A stretch of DNA of 64,000 nucleotides from an uncultured Desulfobacter sp. (GCA_963665095.1 OY762069.1:5888001-5952000), one strand, 5' to 3'. Counted from the stretch's first letter, positions 28,664 to 39,451 are shown. Translations and numbers: made by a program. Notes: generated from the sequence alone by a model not told the origin.

Positions 28664-29602
28664 ATGAGATGCAAAGATCCACAGGTAAATGCATGGCTTG
28701 ATGTTTTCCTGAAAGGTATGGAAAATGCGCCTTCCCCTAGGGATATCCCCATGGAAGAATGGAGATCTATGAACAGTGAATTCTGGAAAACCGTTGATCC
28801 GCCTGTCAGGGATCTGTACAGAATGGAAGATATTTACATTCCCGGTCCGGAAGGTGAAATTCGCTGTAAGCTTTATGTTCCCAGAAAAACTGATCAGCTT
28901 TTGCCGGCACTGGCCTATTTCCACGGTGGAGGGGTCTGTCTTCTGTCTCCGGACGATTACCATGGTCAAAATTCCGTATTATCCCAGGAAGCCGATTGTA
29001 TTGTCCTGGCTCCGGCATACCGCCTGGCCCCGGAACATAAATGCCCAGCAGCCCTGGAGGATTGTTACGCAGTTTTACGGTATCTCCAGCAAAACGGGAA
29101 TGAGATTGGCGTAGACCAGGACAGGGTCGCCATTGCAGGTGACAGCGGCGGTGGATATCTAACCTGTGCAGTGACCCATCAGGCTAAACGGGAAGGTACC
29201 CCGCAGCCGCTGCTCCAGATACCGATTTATCCTGTGGTGGATGTGGCGTGTGAAACCAGCAGTCGGATAGAGCACGGTACTTTTTTGCAAACAGACATTG
29301 TTAAATATACCGTGGGGGAATTATATGCCGATGGAAATCTGTCGGATCCGATAGTTTCTCCCTTAAGAGAAAAGGATTTCACAGGCCTTGCTCCGGCCTA
29401 TATTATTACTGCCGAGTTTGACCCTTTAAGGGATGAGGGGGAAATTTATGCCCATAAATTGCGGGCGGCAGGTGTCAGAACCTTTTACCATTGCTATGAA
29501 AACATGTATCATGGATTTTTTTCTTTTGGCGCACTGTTTGATGTTGCCAGGCTGGCAAACCAGCACGTAGCAGGCGCATTGAGGGAGGTATTCAGGCAAT
29601 GA
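28664..29602 (+). CDS. Alpha/beta hydrolase, hormone-sensitive lipase (esterase) family
   Basis: HGGG oxyanion motif, YRLAPEH, GDSGG nucleophile, DPLRDEG, HGF. Confidence 0.92.
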   Translation: MRCKDPQVNAWLDVFLKGMENAPSPRDIPMEEWRSMNSEFWKTVDPPVRDLYRMEDIYIPGPEGEIRCKLYVPRKTDQLLPALAYFHGGGVCLLSPDDYHGQNSVLSQEADCIVLAPAYRLAPEHKCPAALEDCYAVLRYLQQNGNEIGVDQDRVAIAGDSGGGYLTCAVTHQAKREGTPQPLLQIPIYPVVDVACETSSRIEHGTFLQTDIVKYTVGELYADGNLSDPIVSPLREKDFTGLAPAYIITAEFDPLRDEGEIYAHKLRAAGVRTFYHCYENMYHGFFSFGALFDVARLANQHVAGALREVFRQ

Positions 29603-29676
29603 AGCAGGATGGATTTCTTCAGCCGAACGGGAATCATGCCCAGGTTGTATGTAAGGTCTATCTCTTCTTGTTACTC

Positions 29677-30801
29677 TCTTGAGGGATTTTCCCTGGATGT
29701 CATAGCGCTTTTACAGCTTGCCGGGGTGCCCTATCTTTTAAAATTTGTCTGGGCGCCCCTGCTGGACCGCAACAGCGGTGAAAGGAACCATTACAAACAA
29801 TGGGTCTGGTGGTCATGCCTTGGCTGCGGACTGCTGCTGCTGGTATTGGGCACCCTGGATTTAAGGTCCCATTTCCGGTTAGCCGCCATCCTGATCATGG
29901 TCATTTCGGTTATCACCTCCACCCTGGATATTGCCATTAACGCCCTTTACATCAAACTTCTTCCCTTTGAAAAAAGGGGGACTGGATCAAGCACCAAGAT
30001 GCTGGGGCTGAACCTGGGCAGTATCCTGGGAAGTGGTTTTTTTCTCCTGGTTTACAACCATTTTGGCTGGCAGGCCTGCATATGGGGCATCGGGGCTGTC
30101 ATATTATGCTGTCTTGGTTTAACACCCCGGCTTGAAGAGGCAGAACAGGCGTTGTTCAAAGAAACCAACACCATTAGATGGCCGGCCATTTTCTCCTTTT
30201 TCAAGACAAGGGCATGGGGCGCTGGACCGCATTGATCGTTTTAAACTCCCTGGGCCCGGCTGCGGCATTCTTCATGATGAAGCCCTTTCTGGTGGACCGG
30301 GGCGTGGACACAGACGTCATTGCCTTTCTGGTGGGATTCTACGGCATGAGCGTGGCGGCTTTGGCAGCCATGGCCACAGGCAGCCGCTGTTTCCAGAAAT
30401 ACCTGTTGCAGCGCAGGCGGGCCTATATCAACAGTATTTTTCTCAACGCCGTGGCCGTGGGCCTGTTCGTCCCCATCGTCCGGTCCACGGAGTCAACGGT
30501 TTTGCTTTACCTTGCCGTGGCCCTGCTCAACGCCGCCATTACCCAGGCTTCGGTTGTCAGCGCAACCCTGGTCATGGATTTTTCCCGCAAGGATCTGGCA
30601 AGCGTTGACTATGCCTTGCAAATGACCGGCATTCACATCGGAGGCCTGGCCATGGCCTCTTTGAGCGGCATGGTCGTGGCGGCCATGGGATACTTTCATT
30701 TTTTCCTTGGCCTGGCCCTTTTTTCCCTACTGATGATTTTGGTCAGCATGGGTCTGTTCCGGGGCGACTGGATTTTCTCAGGTGTGCATGATCACTCCTG
30801 A
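29677..30801 (+). pseudogene. 5'-truncated, frameshifted duplicate of the MFS gene at 18668-19897
   Basis: 29677-30841 nearly identical to 18772-19937; one A lost near 30208 (AAGACAAAGGG to AAGACAAGGG). Confidence 0.95.
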
Positions 30802-30841
30802 ATTCAATGAAATATCCGAATTTTAAAAAATCATGGTCAGT

Positions 30842-31095
30842 GGGAACGGCATGGAAGAAAGAGCCCAGGGGGCATCATCTTTGTTATATTGCATACAACA
30901 GCCGTTTTTTGATTTTACCGATGTTCCGGGAGCCTCGCCTGGCCTCTTATCTTTTGGGTTACATGGCCAGAAACCTGGCAGATGAGAGAACCTGGATATT
31001 TGCCACAGGCATCATTTCTCAAATCGGAGACAACCGGGAAACAGCCCTGTTTTACACAGGTCGGAACCATGCCGGTAAAAACATCGCCCGGCTCT
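30842..31095 (+). mobile_element. Internally deleted IS remnant: DUF4338-like fragment fused to IS66-like transposase fragment
   Basis: YIAYNSRFLILP..LASYLLG (DUF4338-like) joined in frame to IFATGIIS..ALFYTGRNHAGKN (IS66 TnpC-like). Confidence 0.6.
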
Positions 31096-31308
31096 ACGGG
31101 ATAGGGCTGTTCCTGCCTTTCTGTGCTATTGCAACTTGAATTGTATCCTTATGGACATCAAGGCCTATATATTTTATTGTTTCTTTCACGACTTGCCGCC
31201 TTGTTTTTAAAAGTCATTTTTGTCTAAAATTTTTATACATTGAGGCAGGTCGTGTTTTCAACTGTCAGCCATTATGTCTAATCGTCATCTGTGGACATCA
31301 TTGTATCA

Positions 31309-31536
31309 ACGGATAGGAACTTCCTTTTTTACCGAAAAAGTATAGCAAAGAATGAAAAGATCATCAAGAACCTTGAATATGGCCCCAGCCGGTCACGGAT
31401 GTCAGAAATAACACCAGAGAGAAACAATAAAAATCCGGCCTGCGCCACTGAAAATGCGCTGAACAGCTATCTTTTTTGACTGATTTTGAGCATACCGCAC
31501 CGGAAATCCCCCAAAGTGCTGGAATTAATGCCAGCC
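31309..31536. repeat. 228-bp direct repeat, right copy
   Basis: Matches 11414-11641. Confidence 0.95.
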
Positions 31537-31568
31537 ACTGGTTGGGATTTGGGGCACGAAGTAAAGCT

Positions 31569-31705
31569 TTAGCGCTCAAAACAGGCCCGGATGGAGTACC
31601 TGGCAAGATTCCCTGGGCTTGCCTTATCATTGGAAAAAATTCTGTCCCCGATATAAACATTAAAACCTGAATGGCGCCATGAAAGCATATTTTCGATAAT
31701 AGTGG
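31569..31705 (-). pseudogene. IS91-family transposase fragment
   Basis: IENMLSWRHSGFNVYIGDRI..NLARYSIRACF. Confidence 0.7.
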
Positions 31706-31884
31706 CGATATCCGGACATCCCGGTTGTTTTTCAGATATTACTAGAAGCCATCTCAAAATAATTTTTTGGCCCAGCTTCTGCGTTGGATCAAAATTTAAA
31801 TCCTCGAAATACTTCATGTATTCCTCCGGTTAAAATTATCCTCCGCCTTGAACTTGAACCAAAATATTTATTTTGAGATAGCTT

Positions 31885-32481
31885 CTAAGAGATATGCCGC
31901 TCTATCATCTCGATAACGGTTTTCTGACAGGCATCTAAATCCACAGAAGATTTATCTGCGATCCACTGAATGCCTATTCCGTCCAGCATTCCCTGGATAA
32001 CGGCTGAAAGGGGTTGATTCCCTTTATTGGAAATGCCGTCCATTTTGATAAGTTTATCCAGCCTGCGTCTGCATTCCGTATACTCTTTTGCACCGAAAAC
32101 CGAACACTGATTCATGGTGTTATGGTTAAATCCGACTTCCATAAGAATGCTGAATTTTTTCCTGTTTTTCCGGATAAAATCAAAATAGGCTTCAATATAG
32201 GCGAAAAGCTGCCCCTGTTCGGCGCTGTGTTTTTTCATACACCTGATGGTATGTTCCCGAAGCTCTTCAAGGAGTGTCAGGCTGATTGCAGAAACAAGCT
32301 CTTCCTTATTTTTAAAATAATAAAAAATGACCCCTTTGCTGAATTCCGCCTCCCTGGCAATGTTGGCCATGGTTGTCTGCTGGTAGCCGTTTTTGGAAAT
32401 CATATCAATGGCAATGTCCAGGATCTGTTTTCGGCGGTGGCTTTCTATAAAACTCTGTTTTGTCTTTGTGGTTTCTTTCAT
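31885..32481 (-). CDS. TetR/AcrR family regulator
   Basis: RRKQILDIA..GYQQTTMANIAREAEFSKGVIFYYFKNKEEL; start ATG 32481 or GTG 32493. Confidence 0.93.
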   Translation of the reverse strand: MKETTKTKQSFIESHRRKQILDIAIDMISKNGYQQTTMANIAREAEFSKGVIFYYFKNKEELVSAISLTLLEELREHTIRCMKKHSAEQGQLFAYIEAYFDFIRKNRKKFSILMEVGFNHNTMNQCSVFGAKEYTECRRRLDKLIKMDGISNKGNQPLSAVIQGMLDGIGIQWIADKSSVDLDACQKTVIEMIERHIS

Positions 32482-32628
32482 TATTGTTATCACGGTGGTT
32501 TGTCTTATAGCCTTTTTTTTGACCCCTGATAAATTTATAGATACGAATTAAAATATTGTCAAGACCTTGACCAAAGCGGATATAAGCAGGTTTGAAATAA
32601 CAGGGAAAGATGATTTTCAAAAAAAGGC

Positions 32629-32673
32629 TTGACAAATCTGACGCTCAGTCATAATTTTAACCAACGGTCAAAA
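32629..32673 (+). promoter_or_regulatory. Sigma70-type promoter overlapped by palindromic TetR operator candidate
   Basis: TTGACA 32629-32634, -10-like TAATTT 17 bp later, near-palindrome TTTTAACCAACGGTCAAAA. Confidence 0.55.
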
Positions 32674-32743
32674 ATTAGTCTTTTGGTTTGCTGGTGTTCC
32701 CGGCAAACCCGGCATGAATCAACCTGTTTGTGCGGGAGGCAAA

Positions 32744-34351
32744 ATGCAAACAAAACAATATTTATGGCAATACGTGGCGCACTGGGCCTGGGTGGACCCT
32801 GACTTTATCGCGTTGCGTTCCGGTGGCACATCATACACATATGGTGAATTTGAAAAAATAACCGAAAATATGGCCACAGCATTGCTGGCAGCCGGTGTAG
32901 GGCCAGGGTCTGTGATTGCCACAATTCTTCCCGCAAGTCCTGAATATGTTATGGCATTGATTGCGGCAGATAAAATCGGGGCGGTTATTACAGCTTTGGA
33001 TGTTAAGTACAAAACAGCAGACTTGAAACGGTTCATATCCCATGTCCGGCCAAAAGTAATTCTGTCTCTTACTGAAAACAAGGACTTTAACTTTGAAAAA
33101 AGCCTGTTGCAGATCACCCGGGAACTGGGGCTCCAGGATGAAATCACCTTGTATATGATTGGCGAAAATACGGTTCACCACGCCTTTGATTCCTTGTATC
33201 AGCCTGTTGCTGGCCAGCAGGCCCGGCTCAATGAGATTAAAGCGTCCCAGACACCGGATGACGGTCTTCTGGTTATATTTACCGGGGGAACCACAGGTGT
33301 GCCAAAATCAGCAATGCTTAACAAGGAAAACGTCCGGGCAATGGCTGAGGCGGAATCCCAAGTGATATCCGGAGCAATGAAAGAGTTCGGGATTAAAGAA
33401 AGAAATAAAAGCATTGCATGTCTTCCCCCAAGCCATGTGGGCGGTTCCGTTGAGATGATCTGCAGCGCCATTGTTGCCGGAAATGAGATAATCATCCATG
33501 ATGTCTGGAGCCCCAAACGGTTTCTTGCAACCATTGAGAAAGAACAAATTCCCTGGATCGGCGGGGTGCCCACGATGTATGCGATCATGCTTCTTTTACC
33601 GGAGCTTGCAAGCTTTGACCTCTCCTGCTTGAAACTTGCCATTTTGTCCGGGGAAAAGGTGGAACTTGAACTTCTCAAAAACATCCAGTCAAAAATCTGT
33701 CCCAATATCATGGTTGGATACGGAAGCACCGAGGCAGGTTCCGAAGTGACCTTTACCCGGCTTACTGATTCTTTTGAAGAAATTGCCAACGGATATGTCG
33801 GCTTTCCCCTGAAAGGTGCCGACATCCGGATTTCAGATGAAAACGGCAGGGTCCTGCCTGCCGGAGAAAAAGGAGAGGTGCAGGTTCGCGGAGAGCTGAC
33901 CATTAAATCCTATTTTAACATGCCAAATGAAGATGCGGCAGGTTTTACCCCGGACGGATACTGCAGGACCGGTGATTTAGGCCTGCTGAACAAGGAGGGA
34001 CAGCTTTATATCCTTGGGCGCCTTAAACATGTTATTCGGGTGGGCAGCTACACGGTAATGCCTTCCGAGGTTGAGGAAGTCGCCCTTGCCCATCCCACGG
34101 TCGGTGTGGCAGCAGCCATTGGTGTGCCAGATGATGTATACGGTGAAGTCGTATGGCTGGTTGTTTCGCCTGCTGCAGGCCAAAACCCGGATCCCCAAAA
34201 GCTTATTTGCCATTGTGAAAGCCGGCTGGCCAAATTTAAAGTCCCCCAAAAAGTAATTGTGGATCCGGATATCCCTGTGACCCGGATCGGCAAAGTTCAC
34301 CGTGTTGAAATCCAGAAACGCATCATTCATTTACTGAAAGGAAGTGCTTAA
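32744..34351 (+). CDS. Acyl-CoA synthetase (class I adenylate-forming enzyme)
   Basis: FTGGTTGVPK, GYGSTE, RTGDLG, PVTRIGKV; GGAGG RBS before 32744. Confidence 0.92.
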   Translation: MQTKQYLWQYVAHWAWVDPDFIALRSGGTSYTYGEFEKITENMATALLAAGVGPGSVIATILPASPEYVMALIAADKIGAVITALDVKYKTADLKRFISHVRPKVILSLTENKDFNFEKSLLQITRELGLQDEITLYMIGENTVHHAFDSLYQPVAGQQARLNEIKASQTPDDGLLVIFTGGTTGVPKSAMLNKENVRAMAEAESQVISGAMKEFGIKERNKSIACLPPSHVGGSVEMICSAIVAGNEIIIHDVWSPKRFLATIEKEQIPWIGGVPTMYAIMLLLPELASFDLSCLKLAILSGEKVELELLKNIQSKICPNIMVGYGSTEAGSEVTFTRLTDSFEEIANGYVGFPLKGADIRISDENGRVLPAGEKGEVQVRGELTIKSYFNMPNEDAAGFTPDGYCRTGDLGLLNKEGQLYILGRLKHVIRVGSYTVMPSEVEEVALAHPTVGVAAAIGVPDDVYGEVVWLVVSPAAGQNPDPQKLICHCESRLAKFKVPQKVIVDPDIPVTRIGKVHRVEIQKRIIHLLKGSA

Positions 34352-35115
34352 TGTCTACACCTGTTCACTACCAGACCAAAGATGGTATTGGGACCATCAG
34401 CCTGGACAATCCGGAACACTCCAATCCCATTGATTTGAATACTCTTACGGATCTGGCCCGGGCCTTTCGAACCAGCAAGGAGCAAAAGGATGTATGTGTG
34501 ATCTACCGGGCTTCCGGAAAAAATTTCACCTATGGTGCCAATCTTAAGTTCACAAGCCAGCTTCTGACAAACCCGGATTTCAAAGCAGAAGCCACTTGTT
34601 TTCCCTGGGCCTGGCAGGAGGTGACCTCTGCCATGATGGCCCATCCGGGTATCGTTATTGTTGGATACCACGGCTGGGTGGTGGGCGGCGGATTTGAGCA
34701 TACCCTGGGAAGTGATTTGCGCATTGCAGCACAGGATACAAAAATATTGATGCCTGAGCTGGATATGGGCATTTTCTTTTCCAATGGTGCCACCAAGATA
34801 CTGCCGCTTCTGATCGGGGAGAGCCGGGCGAAACAGATGATGTTTCTCGGGGAGAAAATAACCGCGCAGACGGCTTTACAGTTCGGTCTGGTCACAGAGG
34901 TCTGCGAGCCCGAAGTCCTTGATGACCGGTTGCTTTTTTATGCACATAAGCTTGTGGCAAAGGAACCGTATGCGTTACAGCTTGCCAAAAAGTTTGTTCA
35001 CAAATCCAGGACAGATACCCTGGACGGCGCTCTTTACGATGAGGGGTGTGCCATGGTGACTACGGGCAGGTCCGATGCTGTTAAAGAAAGGATTCAGGCC
35101 TTTCTGGATAAATAG
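34351..35115 (+). CDS. Enoyl-CoA hydratase/isomerase (crotonase family)
   Basis: GWVVGGGFEH..DLRIAA..MPELDMG with both catalytic Glu positions; TAATG overlap. Confidence 0.9.
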   Translation: MSTPVHYQTKDGIGTISLDNPEHSNPIDLNTLTDLARAFRTSKEQKDVCVIYRASGKNFTYGANLKFTSQLLTNPDFKAEATCFPWAWQEVTSAMMAHPGIVIVGYHGWVVGGGFEHTLGSDLRIAAQDTKILMPELDMGIFFSNGATKILPLLIGESRAKQMMFLGEKITAQTALQFGLVTEVCEPEVLDDRLLFYAHKLVAKEPYALQLAKKFVHKSRTDTLDGALYDEGCAMVTTGRSDAVKERIQAFLDK

Positions 35116-35288
35116 TGTTTAAACGGATTACAAAAGGGTGCATGCCCTCTGTGATCCGTCCAGGTACAGGCTTTCAGCCCGGCTATTTTAAAAAAATTTA
35201 AGCACCTAAGGTAGAAAAACGTTGTGAAATATCCGGGTTCGCCCCCCCGCCTTAAAAAAAATCATTTGAAAAAGAAAGGAGAAACAGC

Positions 35289-36641
35289 ATGTCGGAACGC
35301 CTTGAGAGATCCATTTCCCTTACCGGAGCTGTGGGACTGATTGTCGGCTTTGTTGTGGGCGGATCTATTTTTGTTCTTATCCCAAGCCTTGCAGGCATGA
35401 CCGGGCCAAGCCTTTACCTTGCGTATGCCCTGTCAGCCGTGCCTGCGATTTTTGCCTCCCTTTATCTGATTCAGCTTGGAGCGGCACTGCCGGTAACAGG
35501 GGCAAACTATATTGCCATTACCCGCTGGGTTTCCCCCATGGCGGGGTTCACCTCGTCACTTGCGGTCTGTATTGGAATCATATGCACAAATTGCCTTGTG
35601 GCATGGGGATTTGCTCAATATCTGGCCGTATTTTTCCCCCAGGTGCCACCCATTATATATGCTGTGCTGGTTATTGTTTTTCTTTCCTGGATCAACTGGC
35701 TGGGAGTAACGGTGTTTGAAAAAATCCAGATCGTCATGATGGTGCTTTTTATCCTGGCAATGCTTATCTTTGGAATTGGCGGATGGCTTAATATGGACCC
35801 GGGCCTTCACTCAGACCTGTTTCCCAAAGGCATGCAGGGGTTTGTTACGGTTGTGGCCATTGCCTCGTTTTCATGGGGGGGCGTTCTCTCCATTGTGGAG
35901 GTGGCAGGGGAAGTCAGGAACCCTAAAACCAATATCCCCCGAAGCATCATTATCTCCATGATCGTGATCGGCTCCTTGTACGTGCTGCAGACCTATGCGC
36001 TCACAGGCAACCTTTTATGGAGTGATGCCGCAGCCCTTGGCGCCACAGCCATACTGACCGCTGCAGGAACCTTTTTACCCCAATGGGGGGTTAATTTTCT
36101 TGCCATGGGAGCATTGCTGGCCATGGCAACCACTGTAAATGCAATGATTCTCATGGGTGCCCGGGAGATTTTTGCCTGGAGTAACGACAAGCTGATTCCG
36201 GACGTATTCAAGCGGATACACCCAAAATACAAAACGCCGGAGATAACCATCCTGCTGATTGCCGTGCTTTCGATTGTCGGGGTGTTGTTTTCTGCCGATC
36301 TCGAAAAATATGCCCTTATGGTTGTGTTCGGTCTTATGGTGGTCCAGCTGCTTGGCGCCTTTGCCGTATTTCGCATGCCCGCAAGAGCCCCGGAAATTTT
36401 TGCTGCTGCCGGCATAAGGTTTTCAGCTTTCTGGCGATGGTTTACCTGGATCGGCTGTCTGATTTTCTTTGTGGGTATTTTTGTGTTTGGATTTCTGGCT
36501 GATTATGTAACAGGGCTTGTTTTTATAGGGATCTGGTCTGTTTCCATTCTATATTGGTTCATACGAAAAAAATATCTGGCAGGAAAAGGAATCGATATTG
36601 CCGATATGCCCATGCTGAAGGATGTCATTGGGGAGACCTGA
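35289..36641 (+). CDS. APC family amino acid permease
   Basis: LERSISLTGAVGLIVGFVVGGSIF, AGEVRNPKTNIPRSI, IHPKYKTP. Confidence 0.92.
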   Translation: MSERLERSISLTGAVGLIVGFVVGGSIFVLIPSLAGMTGPSLYLAYALSAVPAIFASLYLIQLGAALPVTGANYIAITRWVSPMAGFTSSLAVCIGIICTNCLVAWGFAQYLAVFFPQVPPIIYAVLVIVFLSWINWLGVTVFEKIQIVMMVLFILAMLIFGIGGWLNMDPGLHSDLFPKGMQGFVTVVAIASFSWGGVLSIVEVAGEVRNPKTNIPRSIIISMIVIGSLYVLQTYALTGNLLWSDAAALGATAILTAAGTFLPQWGVNFLAMGALLAMATTVNAMILMGAREIFAWSNDKLIPDVFKRIHPKYKTPEITILLIAVLSIVGVLFSADLEKYALMVVFGLMVVQLLGAFAVFRMPARAPEIFAAAGIRFSAFWRWFTWIGCLIFFVGIFVFGFLADYVTGLVFIGIWSVSILYWFIRKKYLAGKGIDIADMPMLKDVIGET

Positions 36642-36789
36642 GGTTGCTCAGCCCGGTATGAATCCGGTCAAGCCCGTTTCCGATCCGCCGGACCTGGAGA
36701 ATAAAGGAGGATGAGTTATTCCGGGCATCTAAGGGGAATTGGTCAAATTTTCCTTTTCCCCCATGACACCCAGTTGGGCCAGGTCAGGA

Positions 36790-37215
36790 TGTCCGGTAAT
36801 GCGATCAAAAAATTAAAAGATGATGATGCCCATCAAATGTTTGATTCAAACCAGGCATTCATGGCGGCGCTCAAGATTCAGGCCATTGGTAATCTGAGTA
36901 GTACCATAAAAGAAATTGAACGTAAGGTGCTTTCCCAGGTTAAAATGAGAGAAGCCTTTGAATTGCTTCAAACCATACCTGGAATCGGTAATATTCTTGG
37001 GCTGACGATTATGCTGGAGGTCGGAGATATCTCCAGATTCGTCAAGGTTGGCTGCTATTCATCGGCTGAATATATGTAGAAGCCGCAAATTTTGCAAAAA
37101 GGTTCTGCCCGGAAGCAAGGACGTTTTTCCTGCGCAAAAATGCTCAACGAAACGGTATCGTTGCCACCAAAGCGCTGGGCAACAAAATTTGCCGTTCTTG
37201 AATTATTTATACGTT
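36790..37215 (+). pseudogene. IS110-family transposase remnant
   Basis: LLQTIPGIGNILGLTIMLEVGDISRF, then after a deletion/frameshift VEAANFAKRFCPEARTFF..VATKALGNKICR. Confidence 0.8.
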
Positions 37216-37747
37216 ATTGATGACGCATATTTTTTTGCGTTTAAAGTCCTTCAAGATATGGAGCGATGATTTTTTGCTCGTTAGGACGGATGGATCTCCA
37301 GAAAAAAGAGAACAGGGTTTTGTCAGTCAGCTTTCTGTCCGAATTGAGATGGGCCACCCGGATGGGTTCGCCTATTTCCACCCAAGGGTTTTGTGTATAT
37401 CAAGGTCATACTCTTTGGACAGTTTCTGGGCAAAGTTATGGATGTAGTTCTCCAAAGCTGTGTTCATCTGTCCGTCCGTTTTGATCCCTTTCATGATTAC
37501 AGCCCGGGTAAAAAGAAACTGTACCCCTTTGGAGGAGCTGTCAAATTCAACAATTCTAACCCGGTACGCGCCAGGCCACCACGTTATAGGAGGCGTGCCA
37601 TCATGGCTATTTCCGTCCTACCTCTAGGTGAAATCATGCAGTATCATAAGATGACGTATCCTATTTCTGGATTGCAGGCATAAGTTTACTGGATAAACGG
37701 ATCAGCGGCCTGTCTGCAGGTTAGGGCAAAGCAAGCGGGGTGTCTTC

Positions 37748-38224
37748 GGATTCAGTGGCAACCAGTGCGATCGTCAGTTATGGGTGGGCTGTATATGGCA
37801 TAATGGCATCTCAACCCTTTGTAACGCTTGCAACCGGGCATCCGGGACGGTTTTTCTGCTAGTTACCTTTTTTGCCATTCGTTCAGGGCGCCGGATCAGG
37901 GAAATTAAAGTGGCCCCCATCTGGTTATTTGTCCTGATTCTGGCATTCATTTTAAAAAAGGAGATTGGGCTTGTCCTCATTCTGCCTATCAACATTCTTG
38001 TGTCAAATGTCCCTCAGCTAAACGTTGCCTTTAAAGAAGACAACCTGAGTGATTTATCCCTGGGTACCTGGCTTTTATCGATTTCAGATGGGCTTGTATG
38101 GGGGGCCTATTCTATAATTGAGCAAGATACCGCCATTATGATTTTTGGAGTTTTTCAGCTGATTACAAGCAGTGCCATTGTCCTTTTAAAGATCATTAAA
38201 AGAAAGAATATAAAGATAGTATGA
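37748..38224 (+). pseudogene. Frameshifted PQ-loop / SemiSWEET-like membrane protein
   Basis: VPQL..LSDLSLGTWLL..VWGAYS; upstream frame SAIVSYGWAVYGIMASQPFVTLAT joins via a 1-nt shift near 37836; no start seen. Confidence 0.55.
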
Positions 38225-38359
38225 TTGTTCCAGGATGCTCCAGAATCCTGTAAGGCAGAAATCCGTCAGGCTGACGAAAGGTAGACCATTGATTTCGCGT
38301 CAAACTATGAAAGTGGAGGGGTGCCCGTTGGTCCAAATCGGACAACCCCTTTTAGAAAA

Positions 38360-38881
38360 TCAGCACTTAGACTGATTGCTTTGGCATTCAAATTCTCTTT
38401 TTCTTTCCGAAAGCCGTAATTTCCTCCTGGCCGTGGCTTCCTTGAGGCGGCGTTTTTCTTCCTGTGTTTCAGGCATCAGCGGGGTTACTTCACTTGGCCG
38501 CTGGTCATCACCCAATGCCACAAAAGTAAGATAAGCAGATGCCAGATGAGTAATCTTCCCTGTTATAAGATCCTCTGTTTCCACTCGTGCCCCGATCTCC
38601 ATGGAGGTCTTCCCCGTCATGTTTACAGCTGCTTTGACCGTGACAAGGTTGCCGATAAAAGCAGGTTTATGAAAATCCAGCCGGTCAATGGAAGCTGTGA
38701 CGCAGATCTTGCGGGTATGGCGGATAGCAGCAACGCCTGCCGCATTATCTATCTCTTTCATAATGACACCGCCGTGTACAATGCCGGCAGGGTTGGCGTC
38801 TTCAGGCAGCATAACCCTTGAGATAAGAACGGATGAATCAGATGCAGATTTACAGACAGGTTCATATTGATTGTCGGACAT
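38360..38881 (-). CDS. Acyl-CoA thioesterase (YciA-like hotdog fold)
   Basis: PEDANPAGIVHGGVIMKEIDNAA, VTASIDRLDF, GKTSMEIG. Confidence 0.92.
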   Translation of the reverse strand: MSDNQYEPVCKSASDSSVLISRVMLPEDANPAGIVHGGVIMKEIDNAAGVAAIRHTRKICVTASIDRLDFHKPAFIGNLVTVKAAVNMTGKTSMEIGARVETEDLITGKITHLASAYLTFVALGDDQRPSEVTPLMPETQEEKRRLKEATARRKLRLSERKREFECQSNQSKC

Positions 38882-39451
38882 GGTTTTTTCCTGTAATAGA
38901 TATTGTTTTTTTAATGGCCCGGCCTGTCTCTCGGTGTTGGTTTGTCAGGCAAGAAAGATTCCAAATGTCTAAAAGTAAAGCAAGCCAGAATTGTACCATT
39001 TAATTGAATTTGCTGCTATCAAAATAGGAAACATGCTTTTTTGCAATGGGTCGGCATGATGAGTCCGGCGCGAAAAATTGGAGCACAACCCGAGGAGATA
39101 AAAATATTGATTTTTTATCCGTATAATATCCTTATTTTTTCATTATTCCCGTGATGATGAAACTATGTTTAAATTACTTTATTCAACATAAGTCTATTTT
39201 TATGTTGGGCTTTTTGTAGCCAGTTTTACCCTGCTGAAACCTGAATTCTGAAACCAAAATATATTGGATTGGGCGCTTTTATTCATTAAGCTCCTGATTT
39301 TTCAAAAATACGTAAAAATCTATTTAATACCGGAAAAGAGTTGAATAGCCGAGATTCAATTTATAGAGCATAAACCTGACTTTTAAGGAAACGGGAAAAG
39401 CAATTTGTTATTCCCGGTTTTAGAGGAATCGGTAAAAACCGTAGGACCGTT

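Noticed and set aside
30842..30983. DUF4338-like fragment as Druantia DruA defence gene
   Set aside because: Short fragment fused to transposase sequence; no other Druantia genes
31730..31817. ORF start MKYFEDL with strong RBS, MaoC-like
   Set aside because: Similarity covers only a few residues before the frame merges into IS91 debris
38984..38998. Sigma54-like TGGTACAATTCTGGC upstream of the thioesterase
   Set aside because: GG-N10-GC spacing is right, but two consensus mismatches and no activator nearby
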